Source of the DNA: Pristiophorus japonicus
Taxonomy: Eukaryota
Assembly (NCBI RefSeq): GCF_044704955.1
Contig: NC_092006.1
Location: 5,456,001-5,520,000, forward strand
Direction of reading: 5' to 3'
Length of the DNA stretch: 64,000 nt
Shown here: piece after piece, positions 25,920 through 38,677 of the stretch
Numbering within the stretch: position 1 is the stretch's first letter
Layout of the letters: every line of letters begins with the position of its first letter
Notes under the pieces: generated by a model
Databases searched by the model: none
What the model was told of the DNA's origin: nothing
Seen by the model: the letters and a program-made list of their open reading frames with translations, nothing else
Translations under genes and position numbers: made by a program

Positions 25920-26585
25920 GAAAGAAAGAAAGACTTGCATTTACATAGCGCCTTTCACGATCAATGGACATCTCAAAGCGCTTCACAGCTAATGAAGTAC
26001 TTTTGGAGCGCGGTCACTGTTGTAATGTGGGAAACGCAGCGGCCAATTTGCGCACAGCAAGCTCCCACACACAGCAATGTGATAATGACCCAGGTCATCT
26101 GTTTTAGTGATGTTGGTTGAGGGATAAATATTGGCCCCAGGACACCGGGGATTAATCCCCCTGCTCTTCTTCCAATACTGGCCGTGGGATCTTTTACATC
26201 CACCTGACAGAATAGACGGAGCCTCGGTTTAATGTCTCATCCGAAAGAGGGCACCTCCGACAGTGCGGCGCTCCCTCAGTACTGCCCCTCTGACAGTGCG
26301 GCGCTCCCTCAGTACCGCCCCTCCGACAGTGCGGCGCTCCCTCAGTACCGCCCCTCCGACAGTGCGGCGCTCCCTCAGTACTGCCCCTCCAACAGTGCGG
26401 CGCTCCCTCAGTACCGCCCCTCCGACAGTGCGGCGCTCCCTCAGTACTGCCCCTCCGACAGTGTGGCACTCCCTCTGCACTGCACTGGAGTGTCAGCCTG
26501 GATTTACATGCTCAAGTATCTGGAGTGGGACTCGAACCCACAACCTTCTGACTCAGAGGCGAGCGTGCTGCCCACTGAGCCACAT
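25920..26585 (-). mobile_element. Near full-length Deu-type SINE
   Basis: tRNA-like head, 33-bp repeats, central domain and L2-like tail ...GCGCTATGTAAATGCAAGTCTTTCTTT. Confidence 0.8.
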
Positions 26586-27479
26586 TGGTAAATAGTGAAT
26601 TCTTCCTGTGGATCGAGTGAATTCAGAAGAATAAACACGGTTGTCTCTGCCGTTATTTATGCAATAGGTTCAGTCAGTGGAAACCCACGCAATGGGCCTT
26701 AACAGAAAGGAGGGCAGTGCACGATATATTTTTAAATAGTAGGACTGATTTAAGAAAGGATTTGGATTCATTCAGCTTCTGTCTGAGTGCAATGAACGAA
26801 GGTGTCTCACCGATTAGATTTCCGCGTGCATCTTCTGTCCTGGGGAGCAACAGACCAGTAACTAACACATTACATCCAGCGCTGTCTGGTCCCCTGCAAG
26901 TAAGCTGGAGCAAGAATGTGTCACAACCTCTTTGCAGAATAAACTATAATGACCACTTTCGGATAACACAGCGAGCTTTCACCTCCCAAACCCACGGCTT
27001 CCACCACCTAGAAGAACAAGGGCAGCAGGCGCATGGGAACACCACCACCTCCAAGTCCCACACATAGAATCAGGGAAGGGTTACAGCACAGAGTCCGGCC
27101 ATTTGTCCCGACGAGCCCGTGCCGGCTCTCTGCAAGAGCACCTCAGCCAGTCCCACTCCCCCGCCCTTTCCCCCGTACCCTTGCAAACGTTGTTTCCTTC
27201 AGGTAATTATCCAACTCCCTTTTGAAAGCCACGTTTGAGTCTGCCTCTACCACCCTCTCAGGCAGTATATTCCAGACCCTAACCACTCGCTGCTTAAAAA
27301 TAGTTTTTCCTCATTTCGCCTTTGCTTCTTCTGCCTTAAATCTGTGTCCTCTGCTTCTCCACCCTTCTCCTAATGGGAACAGTTCCTCTCTGTCTGGACC
27401 CCTCACGATTTGGCCATCCTGACTTGGGCATAGGTCATTGGGTCACAATCCCGGAACTCCCTCCCTAACAGCACTGTTA

Positions 27480-28865
27480 GGAGCACCTTCACCACAGCGG
27501 ACTGTCGAACTCGTTTGGCAGAACGTCTGATCGCCAGAGCTTTCACACAAGCACCAAGACGTAGCTTGGTTGGCGGTGAGGAGGGCCTTACCCATCAGAG
27601 CCTTCATGCACAGCCGACGTCCCAGCAACTCGGCACGGTGCCCCCGAGTCGGCTGCAGGGCGGATGAGACTGTCACCCATCTCCTTCAGGATTGCCCCTT
27701 CGCAAGGCAGGTTTGGAAAGAGATGCAGTGGTTGCTGTCGAGGTTCATCCCGAGCAGCTCCGTAACACAGGACTCTGTGCTCTAGGGGCTGTTCCCAGGG
27801 ACACACACCGAGACAGACATCACCTGCTGCTGGAGGGCCATCAACTTGGTCAAAGACGCTCTTTGGTCTTGCCGAGACTTGCTGGTCTTCCAGAGCAAGG
27901 AGATGTCCACGTCTGCGTGTTGCAGACTGGCGCAATCCACGATCCAGGATTACGTGCTGAGGGTCGCACTTAAAATTGGTGCAGTCGCCGCAAAGGCTCG
28001 GTGGGGAAGGGCCACAGTTTAAAGCCCTTCTGTCACGGTAAACCCGGGGGCAGGAATCAGTACAAAACTCCCCTCGGGCCGTACTTTTTTTAAATTTCGA
28101 AATATATTTTCTTCATATAAAAATTTGTACAGTACATTCAAAAGCAGTTCAGTACATTTAGCTGCGGTCAGCAATCCCATACACTATATTTGGGTGCTGA
28201 CGGAAGTTCCGTTCGATACATTTCCTTGCTTTTCAGTTCAAGTACAATTCGGTACAATACGGGATACCTTGTAGTACATTCGACAAATTACATTACACGT
28301 GTCACTATACATTACACGGAATGGGTGACGGTACATTTACATTTTTCTTTTCAACGTGCATTATGAAACAGACCTTACATTGTACATGGCATGACACAGG
28401 TGTTTACAGATCATGGTGCTCCATGTACACAAAAAAGAAGTTACAAGTACGACCCGAGGGGAGTTTTGTACTGATTTCTGCCCCCGGGTTTACCGTGTCA
28501 GAAGGGCTTTAAACTGTGGCCCTTCCCCACCGTGCCTTTGCGGCGACTGCACCAATTTTAAGTGCGTCCCTCAGCACGTAATCCTGGATCGTGGATTGCG
28601 CCAGTCTGCAACACGCAGACGTGGACATCTCCTTGCTCTGGAAGATCAGCAAGTCTCGGCAAGACCAAAGAGCGTCTTTGACCGAGTTGATGACCCTCCA
28701 GCAGCAGGTGATGTCAGTCTGGGTGTGTGTCCCTGGGAACAGCCCGTAGAGCACAGAGTCCTGTGTTACGGAGCTGCTCGGGATGAACCTCGACAGCAAC
28801 CACTGCATCTCCTTCCAAACCTGCCTTGCGAAGGGGCAATCCTGAAGGAGTTGGGTGACAGTCTC
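27480..28865. mobile_element. Two Tx1/L1-clade LINE 3' fragments tail-to-tail (27480-28087 plus; 28088-28865 minus)
   Basis: Zinc-knuckle CPRVGCRADETVTHLLQDCPFA peptide on plus and a reverse-complement copy on minus. Confidence 0.8.
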
Positions 28866-29601
28866 GGGCTGTACTTGTTAATCTGCTTGTATACATAGAG
28901 CACCATGTACTGACTAACACCTGTGTTTGTGCCATGTACAATGCAAGTCTCTGCACTGTTTAGTAACTTGTAAAGAAATGTAAATGTATTCTCACCCCGT
29001 TCCGTGCACTGCTTTCAACTGCACAGCGCTACATGTAACATGATTTACGGATTGTACTAAACCGTACCTTGAAATGAAATGCACTCGAGTGCATTATACG
29101 GAACTGCTGTCAGCATCCAAACGAACTGCATGGAATTGCTGGCCACAAGTAGCTGAACTATTTTCCAATGTATTGTGAACATTTTATATGAATAAAGTAT
29201 ATTTTTGGAAAACAAAAACACGGACTGCAGCGGTTCAAGAAGGCGGCTCACCACCGCCTTCTCAAGGGGCGATTGGGGATAGGCAATAAATGCCGGCCCG
29301 GCCAGCGACGCCCAGATCCTGTGAACGAATCAAACACAATTCTAAACTTTTAACTGCCAAAATGAATAGTCAGAACAGTGTAAAATGTGCACACCCATAC
29401 CGTAATCTTTCCGCCATGCTCTCCGAACGACAATGCAGCAAAGCTCTTCGCGTCCACTCTGCAACTCGCACTAGCCTGGCCACTGTGACGCACAGACGCT
29501 GGCCACATCTCAAGTGCATGAAGGATGGGATTGCTCAGGGCACGGCACCCAAAAGGCTTAGGTCGTAATAGTTTCCACTGCATCTGAAGGGGCTGCAACC
29601 G

Positions 29602-29648
<47 letters not shown>

Positions 29649-29728
29649 ACGGAACATTTGTCGCCCTCTCCGACTGTAGAATGTTCTGAGCGAGCACGGG
29701 AATAGCTGAGTGTGTCCCCGGCCCCAGG

Positions 29729-29786
29729 ATGTTGCTGGAAGCGTTTCCCCTGATCCTCACACTCCACCACGTGTGTTGGAATTACG
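29729..29786 (+). CDS. Gene 1 exon 1: signal peptide MLLEAFPLILTLHHVCWNY
   Basis: ATG, hydrophobic 19-codon run and a phase-1 G|gtgagt donor compatible with the V exon. Confidence 0.75.
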
Positions 29787-29889
29787 GTGAGTGACCCGTG
29801 CTTGGGACCAGCCGAAAACGGGAAACAAGGGGACTGTGGTTGCGGAGTTGAAAATGTGACCCAGCTTTTGCCCCGATATTTTCGCCCCC

Positions 29890-32580
29890 TCTCCCTATCT
29901 CCGTAACCTCCTTCAGCCCTGCAACCCTCCCTATCTCTGTAACCTCCTTCAGCCCTGCAACCCTCCCTATCACTGTAACCCCCTCCAGCCCCTCCAACCC
30001 TCCCTATCTCTGTAACGCCCTCCAGCCCCTACACCTCTCCCTATCTCTGTAACCCCCTCCAGCCCCTACACCCCTCCCTATCTTTGTAACCCCCACCAGC
30101 CCCTACAACCCTCCCTATCTCTGTCACCTCCTCTAGCACCTACACCCCTCCCTATCTCTGTAACCCCCTCCAACCCCTGCAACCCTCCCTATCTCTGTAA
30201 CTCCCTCCAGCCCCTGCAACCCTCCCTATCTCTGTAACCTCCTCCAGCCCTCCAAACCCCCCGAGATCTCTGCGCTCCCCAATTCTCTTGAACAACCCCA
30301 ATTGTAATGACTCAACCATCAGTGGATGTACCTTCAGCTGCCTGGGCCCCAAGCTCTGAAACTCCCTCCCTAAACCTCTCCGCCTCTCTCTCCTCCTTTA
30401 AGACGCTCCTTAAAACCGACTTCTTTGTCCCAGCTTTTGATCATTACCTAATATCTCATTTTGTGACTCGATGTCACATTTCCGTGAAGCGTCTTGGGAC
30501 ATTCAATTACGTTGAAGGCGCTTTATAAAAGAGATATTTTGTTGTTGATAATGTTGGTTTACTTTCAGGTCCTTCTACAAGGCTAAGCAAAGGCAAAGTA
30601 GAGAATGGGTCCAATCTGCCATAACTAAAGGCAATAATGCCGCTGGTCTTAAGTTACAGGCGATGGGTTTGAAAGCGGCCTCTCTCCATCTCTCAAAAAT
30701 CAACATGAAGAAATTGTATTTATATAGCGCCTTTAATGTAGTGTCCTGGAGCCAATATTTATCCCTCAACCAACATCGCTAAAACAGATGATTTGGGTCA
30801 TTATCACATTGCTGTGTGTGGGAGCTTGCTGTGCGCAAATTGGCTTCCGCGTTTCCCACATTACAACAGTGAGCACACTCCAAAAAAAGGGCTTAATTGG
30901 CCGTAAAGCGTTTTGAGACGGCCGGTGGTCGTGAAAGGCGCTATATAAATCCAAGTCTTTCTTTCTTTTTAGTAAAACGCTTCACAGGAGAATTATTTTT
31001 AAAAATTTGACCCCGAGCCACATGAGGAGATATTAGGGACAGGTGACCAAAAGCTGGGTCAAAGAGATCGGTTTGAAGGAGCGTCTTAAAGAAGGAGAGC
31101 GAGGCGGAGAGGTTTAGGGAGGGAGTTCCAGAGCTTGGGGCCCAGGCAGCTGAAGGCACGGCCACCGATGGTGGAGCGATGGAAATCGGGGGATGGGCAA
31201 GAGGGCAGAATTGGAGGAGTGCAGAGATCTCGGAGGGTCGTGGGGGCTGAAGAAGGTTACAGAGTTAGGGAGGGGTGTATGGGTTAGAGGAGGTTAAGAG
31301 ATAGGGAGGAGTGTAGGGGCTGGAGAGGGTTACAGAGATCGGGAGGGGTGTAGGGGCTGGAGGGGGGTTACAGAGATAGGGAGGGAAATAGTGGCTGGAG
31401 GGGGTTACAGAGATAGGGAACGGTTTAGGGGCTGGTGGAGGTTACAGAGATAGGGAGGGGTGTAGGAGCTGGAGGAGGTTACAGAGATAGGGAGGGGTGT
31501 AGGGGCTGGAGGAGGTTACAGAGATTGGGAGGGAAATAGTGGCTGGAGGGGGTTACAGAGATAGGGAACGGTTTAGGGGCTGGTGGAGGTTACAGAGATA
31601 GGGAGGGGTGTAGGAGCTGGAGGAGGTTACAGAGATAGGGAGGGGTGTAGGGGCTGAAGGAGGTTACAGAGATTGGGAGGGGTGTAGGGGCTGGAGGAGG
31701 TTACAGAGATTGGGAGGGGTGTAGGGGCTGGAGTGATTTACAGAGATAGGAAGGGGTGGAGGGGCTGGAAGGGATTACAGAGATAGGGAGCGGTTTAGGG
31801 GCTGGAGGGGGTTACAGAGATAGGGAGGGGTGTATGGGTTAGAGGAGGTTAAGAGATTGGGAGGGGTGTAGGGGCTGGAGGAGGTTACAGAGATTGGGAG
31901 GGGTGTAGGGGCTGGAGGAGGTTACAGAGATAGGGAGGGGTGTAGGGGCTGGAGGGGGTTACATAGATAGGAAGGGGTGTAGGGGCTGGAGGGGATTACA
32001 GAAATAGGGAGTGGATTAGGGGCTGGAGGAGGTTACAGAGATAGGGAGGGGTGTAGGGGCTGGAGGAGATTACAGAGATAGGGAGGGGTGTAGGGGCAGG
32101 AGGTTACAGAGATAGGGAAGGTGTGTAGGGGCTGGAGGAGGTTACAGAGATAGGAAGGTGTGTAGGGGCTGGAGGGGATTACAGAAATAGGGAGGGGTTT
32201 AGGGGCTGGAGGGGGTTACAGAGATAGGGAGGGGTGTAGGAGCTGGAAGAGATTACTGAGATAGGGAGGGGTGTAGGGGCTGGAGGTTACAGAGATAGGA
32301 AGGGGTGTAGGGGCTGGAGGAGGTTACAGAGATAGGGAGGGGTGTAGGGGCTGGACGAGGTGACAGAGATAGGGAGGGGTGTAGAACTGGAGGAGGTGAC
32401 AGAGCTCGGGAGGGGGCGCGGCCATGGGGGGGATTTAAACACAAGGATGTGAATTTTGAAATTGGGGCGTTGTTTAACCAGGAGCCAGTGTGGGTCAGCG
32501 AGCACAGGGGCGATGGGTGAGCGGGACTGGCTGCGAGTTGGGACACAGGTCGGGGCTGCAGAAGTGTGGGATGAACTGGC
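29890..32580. mobile_element. L2-like LINE fragments in opposite orientations with C-rich (29890-30260) and G-rich (31250-32400) ~37-bp minisatellites, gene 1 intron 1
   Basis: GGAGGAGGTTACAGAGATAGGGAGGGGTGTAGGGGCT units and their reverse complement; typical L2 3' text (LWNSLP...FKTLLKT-like). Confidence 0.7.
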
Positions 32581-32644
32581 GTTGAAGGCGCGGGGGTTGG
32601 AGTGGACAAACCATCTCTAATGGGACCCCCCCCCCTCTGTCCAG

Positions 32645-32959
32645 TCGCAGGATCTGAACCCTTCACTGTGACGGCGGCAGCCGGGGAGACGGTGGAACTG
32701 GAATGCCACCTGGATTACGAAGTGGAATTCGTGGACAGCTACTTCTGGTACAAGCAACTCGTGGGGGAAGCGCCCAAGTTGGTGCATATACCAGCCTGCC
32801 GTGGAACCATCTGCAAGTTTACTTCGAAGAGAGGGCGCAACAAATATATCCTGGTCCTGCAAATCCTGAAAGTGAACACTTCTGACGCCGGGTCCTACTA
32901 CTGTGCTGATAGGGATGGCTATGCTTCCCTTAGGAACAGTTCCTTGCTGCTGGTTGGAG
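32645..32959 (+). CDS. Gene 1 exon 2: Ig V-set domain
   Basis: GETVELEC...FWYKQ...APKLV...DAGSYYC; AG acceptor (32644, or 32650 in the same phase) and G|gtaaga donor, phase 1-1; G strand SLRNSSLLLV lacks FGxG. Confidence 0.93.
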
Positions 32960-33056
32960 GTAAGAACAAAGCCCGATTGAATTCATCCCATGCACATGCG
33001 ATTAAAATTGCATTAGCCAGAATTTAACTGTTTCTTCCATCTCCATCCCCACCCAG

Positions 33057-33377
33057 ACAGTTCTACGCCTAAGACCGATGTGCTGGTGTTTGTGACTCCA
33101 GGGGAGCCACCTGTGAGGGAAACCATCCCCTTGGTGTGTCTGGTGACCGGCGTGTCCTCCAGGCAAATTGCCATTTACTGGAACGTGTCGGGACAGTTCG
33201 TCGCGGGACGGAGCGAGGTCGGCACCCTGGACCCCGACGGGACCTACAGCATCAGAAGCCACGTGATGGTCGGGGCGGAGATCTGGAGCAACAGAGGGGT
33301 CTGCACTTGTATCGTCGAGCTGGGGTCGCCGGGCAAGTCTTGGACCAAGAGCGTGTCCCGTCCTGAAGCGGCGACAG
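33057..33377 (+). CDS. Gene 1 exon 3: Ig C1-set domain
   Basis: LVCLVTG...IYW...DGTYSIRSHVMV...W...CTC pattern similar to IgL/TCR constant domains; cccag acceptor and G|gtgagt donor, 321 nt, phase 1-1. Confidence 0.93.
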
Positions 33378-36015
33378 GTGAGTCATAGCAACATCGAAAC
33401 ATAGAAAATAGGGGCAGGAGCAGGCCATTCGGCCCTTCGAGCCTGCACCACCATTCAATATGATCATGGCTGATCATGCAACTTCAGTACCCCATTCCTG
33501 CTTTCTCTCCATACCCCTTGATCCCTTTATCCGTAAGGGCCACATCTAACTCCCTTTTGAATATATCCAACGAACTGGCCTCAACAACTTTCTGTGGTAG
33601 AGAATTCCACAGGTTCACAATTCTCTGAGTGAAGAAGTTCCTCCTCATCTCGGTCCTAAATGGCTTACCCCTTATCCTTAGACTGTGACGGGGAGCTCGG
33701 TTGCGAAAGTGTAACATCGGTTGGACTGGTTCTCTCGCCCCTATTAAGCAACTCCGCGGGTCAAACACAGAGAGATATCTATCAGGAGAAACAGTGCAGC
33801 CAGCCTATTGGGAAATACCTTGAAATAAGCCCACCCGTCACAGGTCTTGTAAATAATTTCTCTGCTCTCGACTGCCCTTCGATTTCTGCCTGTCACCTTC
33901 GAATTATAGACTTACACAGCACAGAATCAGGGGTCACCCATTTAAGACAGAGATGAGGAGGAATTTCTGCTCTCAGAAGGTTGTAAATCTGTGGAATTCA
34001 CTGCCTCGGAGAGTTGTGGAAGAACATAATAACATAAGAAATAGGAGCAGGAGTCGGCCATTCGGTCCCTCGAGCCTGCTCCGCCATTTAATACGATCAT
34101 GGCTGATCCGATCATGGACTCAGGTCCACTTCCCTGCCCGCCCACTTAATCCCTTATCGATTAAGAAACTGTCTATCTCCGTCTTAAATATATTCAATGT
34201 CCCGGCTCTCTGAGGCAGCGAATTCCACAGATTTACAACCCTCTGAGAGAAGAAATTTCTCCTCATCTCAGTTTTAAATGGATGGCCCCTTATTCTAAGA
34301 TTATGCCCCCTAGTTCTAGTCTCCCCCATCAGTGGGGATCATTGAATAAATTTAAGACAGAGAGAGACAGTTTCTTAGCCGATAAGGGACTAAGGGGGCG
34401 GGCAGGGAAGTGGAGCTGAGTCCATGATCGGATCAGCCATGATCTTATTGAATGGTGGAGCAGGCTCGAGGGGCCGAATGGCCGACTCCTGCTCCTATTT
34501 CTTATGTTCTCATGTATATTCTATATCGGGAGAAACAATGCAGTCTGTCTGTTAAAAAATATGTTGAAATAAGCTATGGTCACCCTCCAAACCAGGCCTT
34601 TTAAATATTTTCTCTGCTCTTGACTGCCCTTCGATTTCGGCGTGTCATCTTAGAATTATCGAATACAGCACAGGAGTCGGCCATTCGGCCCCTCGAGCCT
34701 GCTCCATCATTCAATAAGATCACGGCTGATCTTCGACCTCAACTCCACAATCCTGCACTGTCCCCACTTGGTTCCCCTCGAGTCCAAAAATCTATTGCTC
34801 CCTGTCTCAACGACTGAGCCTCCACAGCCCTCTGGGGCAGAGAATTCCAAAGATTCACCACCCTCTGAGTGAAGAAATTCCTCCTCATCTCAGTCCTAAA
34901 TGGCCGAGCCCTTATCCTGAGACTGTGTGCCCCCTGGTTCTAGACTCCCCAGCCCGGGGGGAAACACCCTCCCTGCATCTACCCTGTCGAGCCCTGTCAG
35001 AATGTTGTATGTTTCAATGAGATCACCTCTCATTCTTCCAAGCTAGGAGTTTACAACATAGAAACATAGAAATTTACAGCGCAGAAGGAGGCCATTTCAG
35101 CCCATCGTATCCACACCGGCCGACAAAGAGCCACACGGCCCTCGGTCAGCAGCCCTGAAGGTTACATATAAACCTACGAACGATGAACAATGACGGAAAG
35201 GCAAAGAGCACCCAGCCCAACCAGTCCGCCCCACACAACTGCGACACCCCTTACACCGAAACATTCTACACTCCACCCCAACCATTGTCCAATTAGCCCC
35301 ATTCCCCCAACCTTTTCCCCACAGTCCTGCAAAGTGTCACTCTCCAAGTATTTATCAAATTCCCTTTTGAAAGTTATTAATTAATCTGCTTCTACTGCCC
35401 GGCAGCGCGTCTTGGAATAATTTTAAGATTAAAATCTATTTTAATTTTAATTTTGACTTGTGGATATCTGCAAATCAGACATATTACCCTCGGGTTGTGA
35501 CGCTTCAGCGAAATCGGGTTATCGTTCCAGTTTAAGGATAAGGGGTAAGCCATTTAGGACCAAGATGAGGAGAAACTTCTTCACCCAGAGAGTGGTGAAC
35601 CTGTGGAATTCTCTACCACAGGAAGTTGTTGAGGCCAGTTCGTTGGATATATTCAAAAGGGCGTTAGATGTGGCCCTTACGGCTAAAGGGATCAAGGGTT
35701 ATGCAGAGAAAGCAGGAATGGGGTACTGAAGTTGCGTGATCAGCCATGATCATATTGAATGGTGGTGCAGGCTCGAAGGGCCGAATGGCCTGCTCCTGCA
35801 CCTATTTTCTATGTTTCTATATAATCCTGTGTAATAGTGCAACTTATTCTATTGGCGAGCATTCACTCGTCCAATATTGGTCGCGTTGGCTGGTTTGTGG
35901 TTTCACAGCCCGCGTTGGATGCGCCTAAATTGTAACTGGGTCGCGTTTCTCACAAGTGAATCGCAGAAAGAGTGGCTTGACCCAGCAACATTTTCTAAGT
36001 GTCCTGTCTTTGCAG

Positions 36016-36114
36016 ACTGGTGTACACCGATCCTTCCTGCAATTGGTGTCTCGGCGATCTTGGTTCTAGTACTGATCCTTATTATTCTGTGTCATCATAA
36101 CTGCGGCAGACGAG
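36016..36114 (+). CDS. Gene 1 exon 4: connecting Cys + transmembrane (DWCTPILPAIGVSAILVLVLILIILCHHNCGRR)
   Basis: ttgcag acceptor and G|gtgagg donor, phase 1-1; hydrophobic stretch of about 20 aa. Confidence 0.88.
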
Positions 36115-36201
36115 GTGAGGGTTTATATCCGTCAAAAATATCTTTTATAAATGCTTGTTCAACGTGAGTCCCTTCTCGTATCTTTCGATACTAATTTACA
36201 G

Positions 36202-36245
36202 TGAACTGTTTCAGAAGGACGAGACAAGAGGCCCCGCCAGGAAAG
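36202..36245 (+). CDS. Gene 1 exon 5: cytoplasmic VNCFRRTRQEAPPGK
   Basis: tttacag acceptor and AAG|gtgagt donor, phase 1-0; reading frame conserved in the gene 0 paralog exon. Confidence 0.75.
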
Positions 36246-37046
36246 GTGAGTAATTGAACTATTTACAAAGTTGATCAATGAGAGTCTCGCTGGGTTTAAC
36301 ACCGCGTCAGAACCAGTTTACCCCCAACTCTGATTCCAGTGCCAGATATTATTTGTGTTTTCCACGTTCTTTTTGAGCATGGTTCCAAGACCATTCCACA
36401 ACTCTGTTCTCGGTATTTACGGCACGTGGCCACGGATTCACAGGAGGTAGAAAAGTAAAATACTGCGGATGCGAGCAATGTGACAGATACAGAGTTACAG
36501 ACAGAGAGNNNNNNNNNNNNNNNNNNNNNNNNNNNNNNNNNNNNNNNNNNNNNNNNNNNNNNNNNNNNNNNNNNNNNNNNNNNNNNNNNNNNNNNNNNNN
36601 NNNNNNNNNNNNNNNNNNNNNNNNNNNNNNNNNNNNNNNNNNNNNNNNNNNNNNNNNNNNNNNNNNNNNNNNNNNNNNNNNNNNNNNNNNNNNNNNNNNN
36701 NNNNNNNNNNNNNNNNNNNNNNNNNNNNNNNNNNNNNNNNNNNNAGAGATGTAACCGGGTTTAAGCTCCACTTTCTCTGTACTTGCTGGAAACATTTTTC
36801 CTACATTAAAACAATGACTACACTTCAAAAAAGTATGCCATTGGCTGTAAAGTGCTTTGGGAGCCCAGTGGTCGCTACAGAAACGCCAGTCTGTCTTTGT
36901 TTCATTTCTGTTTTATCTCTAACGTTCTCTCGAAGGGTAACAGACCTGAAAGGTTAACTCAGTTTCTCTCCACAAATGCTGCCTGACCCGCTGAGCATCA
37001 CAAGAAGTAATGTTTGTCTCCTGTTTCTGTTCCCACACGGTTTCAG

Positions 37047-37093
37047 CTCCAGAGGGACAGTGAACAGAGCAGGAGGAGGTGAACCACACTTGG
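37047..37093 (+). CDS. Gene 1 exon 6 (47 nt; apparent 1-nt frameshift)
   Basis: tttcag acceptor and gtgagt donor; reads LQRDSEQSRRR* as given, but one extra base gives LQRDSEQEQEEVNHTW in phase with exon 7. Confidence 0.55.
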
Positions 37094-37315
37094 GTGAGTT
37101 GGATTGAAATGTTGGCGCAAATAGAACGTCAAATGCAGGATATTTCAAAATTCAATTGGGGCATTACCCGCCTTCAAAATATTCTCCTGTCTGCCGGACA
37201 TCCAGAAAGGCTAATTACTGCTTAGTCATGCCAATTAATAATGTATCAGATTGTTAAATGATGTATCGGGTGGACAGTAGTCGCCAGACACCGGGGGTAG
37301 ATCGTCCGTGCCCAT

Positions 37316-37495
37316 CCATTGGTGTATTGGACCATTGGTGTATTGGACCATTGGTTTATTGGACCATTGGTGTATTGCACCATTGGTTTATTGGACCATT
37401 GGTGTATTGCACCATTGGTTTATTGGACCATTGGTGTATTGCACCATCAGTGTATTGGGGGAACATTGGTGTATTAATGGACCATTGGTTTATTG
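37316..37495. repeat. 16-bp minisatellite (CCATTGGTGTATTGGA) in gene 1 last intron
   Basis: Direct tandem units. Confidence 0.85.
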
Positions 37496-37899
37496 GGGGT
37501 CATAGGCTTAATGATGGACTATTGGCGCTCAGTGCCTCTATAATTTATTATAAATGAGCCGGACTTGACAATAATTAAATTCAAATTCTTAACTATTTAT
37601 ACACAGTTGACACCCATCAAATGGAGGCAAGGCAGACACATCAGGGTACAAGACATGTAAGTAAATTCATTGACCCTGTTGCAATAATATACAGGAATTT
37701 GCCGATTTTCTAGGTATCGCATGCAAATAATTGGCTTGTCTCTTTCAAAGAGCTGGCACGGGCATGATGGGCCGAATGGCCTATGCCTGTGCTGTATCGT
37801 GCTACGATTCCTTGAAACGCGATTGCGGGGTGGGATAGTTTGAGCTGCCTTTCGAATAACTTGGAACTTGTCGATATTTAACGTGTGTTCCTGTCTCAG

Positions 37900-37986
37900 G
37901 GCGCCCCGCAAGACCAGACTTTCTACGCCTCTCTGCAATTCGAAGCCGCGGAAAAGTCATCAAGAAAGAAGGCGGGTCGCCGATGA
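37900..37986 (+). CDS. Gene 1 terminal exon: GAPQDQTFYASLQFEAAEKSSRKKAGRR* (ITIM/ITSM-like TFYASL)
   Basis: tgtctcag acceptor, phase 0; TxYxxL motif matches TLYAQL in genes 2 and 3; AATAAA signals at ~38524-38534. Confidence 0.75.
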   Translation, partial: GAPQDQTFYASLQFEAAEKSSRKKAGRR

Positions 37987-38677
37987 GAACCCCGGAGGGG
38001 TTTCTAGCCGGTGGACGAGGGAGGAGACGGAACGTGCAAAGAAGAATGCCCAGCCCGGCGGAGTTAAGACTTAAGCCACAGAGACTCCAATCAAACATCC
38101 GGGGGCTGGACTTTTCACTTCACATCGCTGGCCTAGTGCCCATATATCACCCAAAATGCCCTGCTATTGCCCATTTCACTTCGCTGGCCAATCGGCGAGT
38201 GGAAAATGGCGATACAAAAAATGGGCGATGTTCCAGCGATCAGTAAGGCTGACACATCGACCATCGCTGGAACATCGTTCATTTTTTGGGCGATAGTCTA
38301 GCCTACCTCCCTGTGTTCGGAAGGGTTTGCAAACACTCTTTCTGTTGAATGTAAAAGACCCGTGCTTTGAGTATTGTAAAGATGTCGCACTGTATTAGTG
38401 AGACCACCATTTAGACCAGGGTCTTCTCAGTTTCCTGATTCTCTGAATCTTTTTCTGCTGACCCTGTAATTCCAGTCAGTAACAAGATTGGGGTTTATTT
38501 TTTGTCGCAAATGCTTGAATATAAATAAAATAAATGATCCTTTGACTGTAATGATGCACAGGAGGTTCCTATCGTTCAATGCTTCACTTACAATTCAATG
38601 TCATCTGGATAAAACTTCGCTGGCTCTGAGCTGCCAATATCAGTCCTGAATTGAAAGAGTGTTAGTGGCGATATTCA

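Noticed and set aside
26515-26585. tRNA gene
   Set aside because: It is the tRNA-derived head of a SINE that recurs several times in the window.
31250-32400. Ig class-switch-like region
   Set aside because: The repeat is embedded in an L2-like element, has few AGCT motifs and lies upstream of V rather than before a constant exon.
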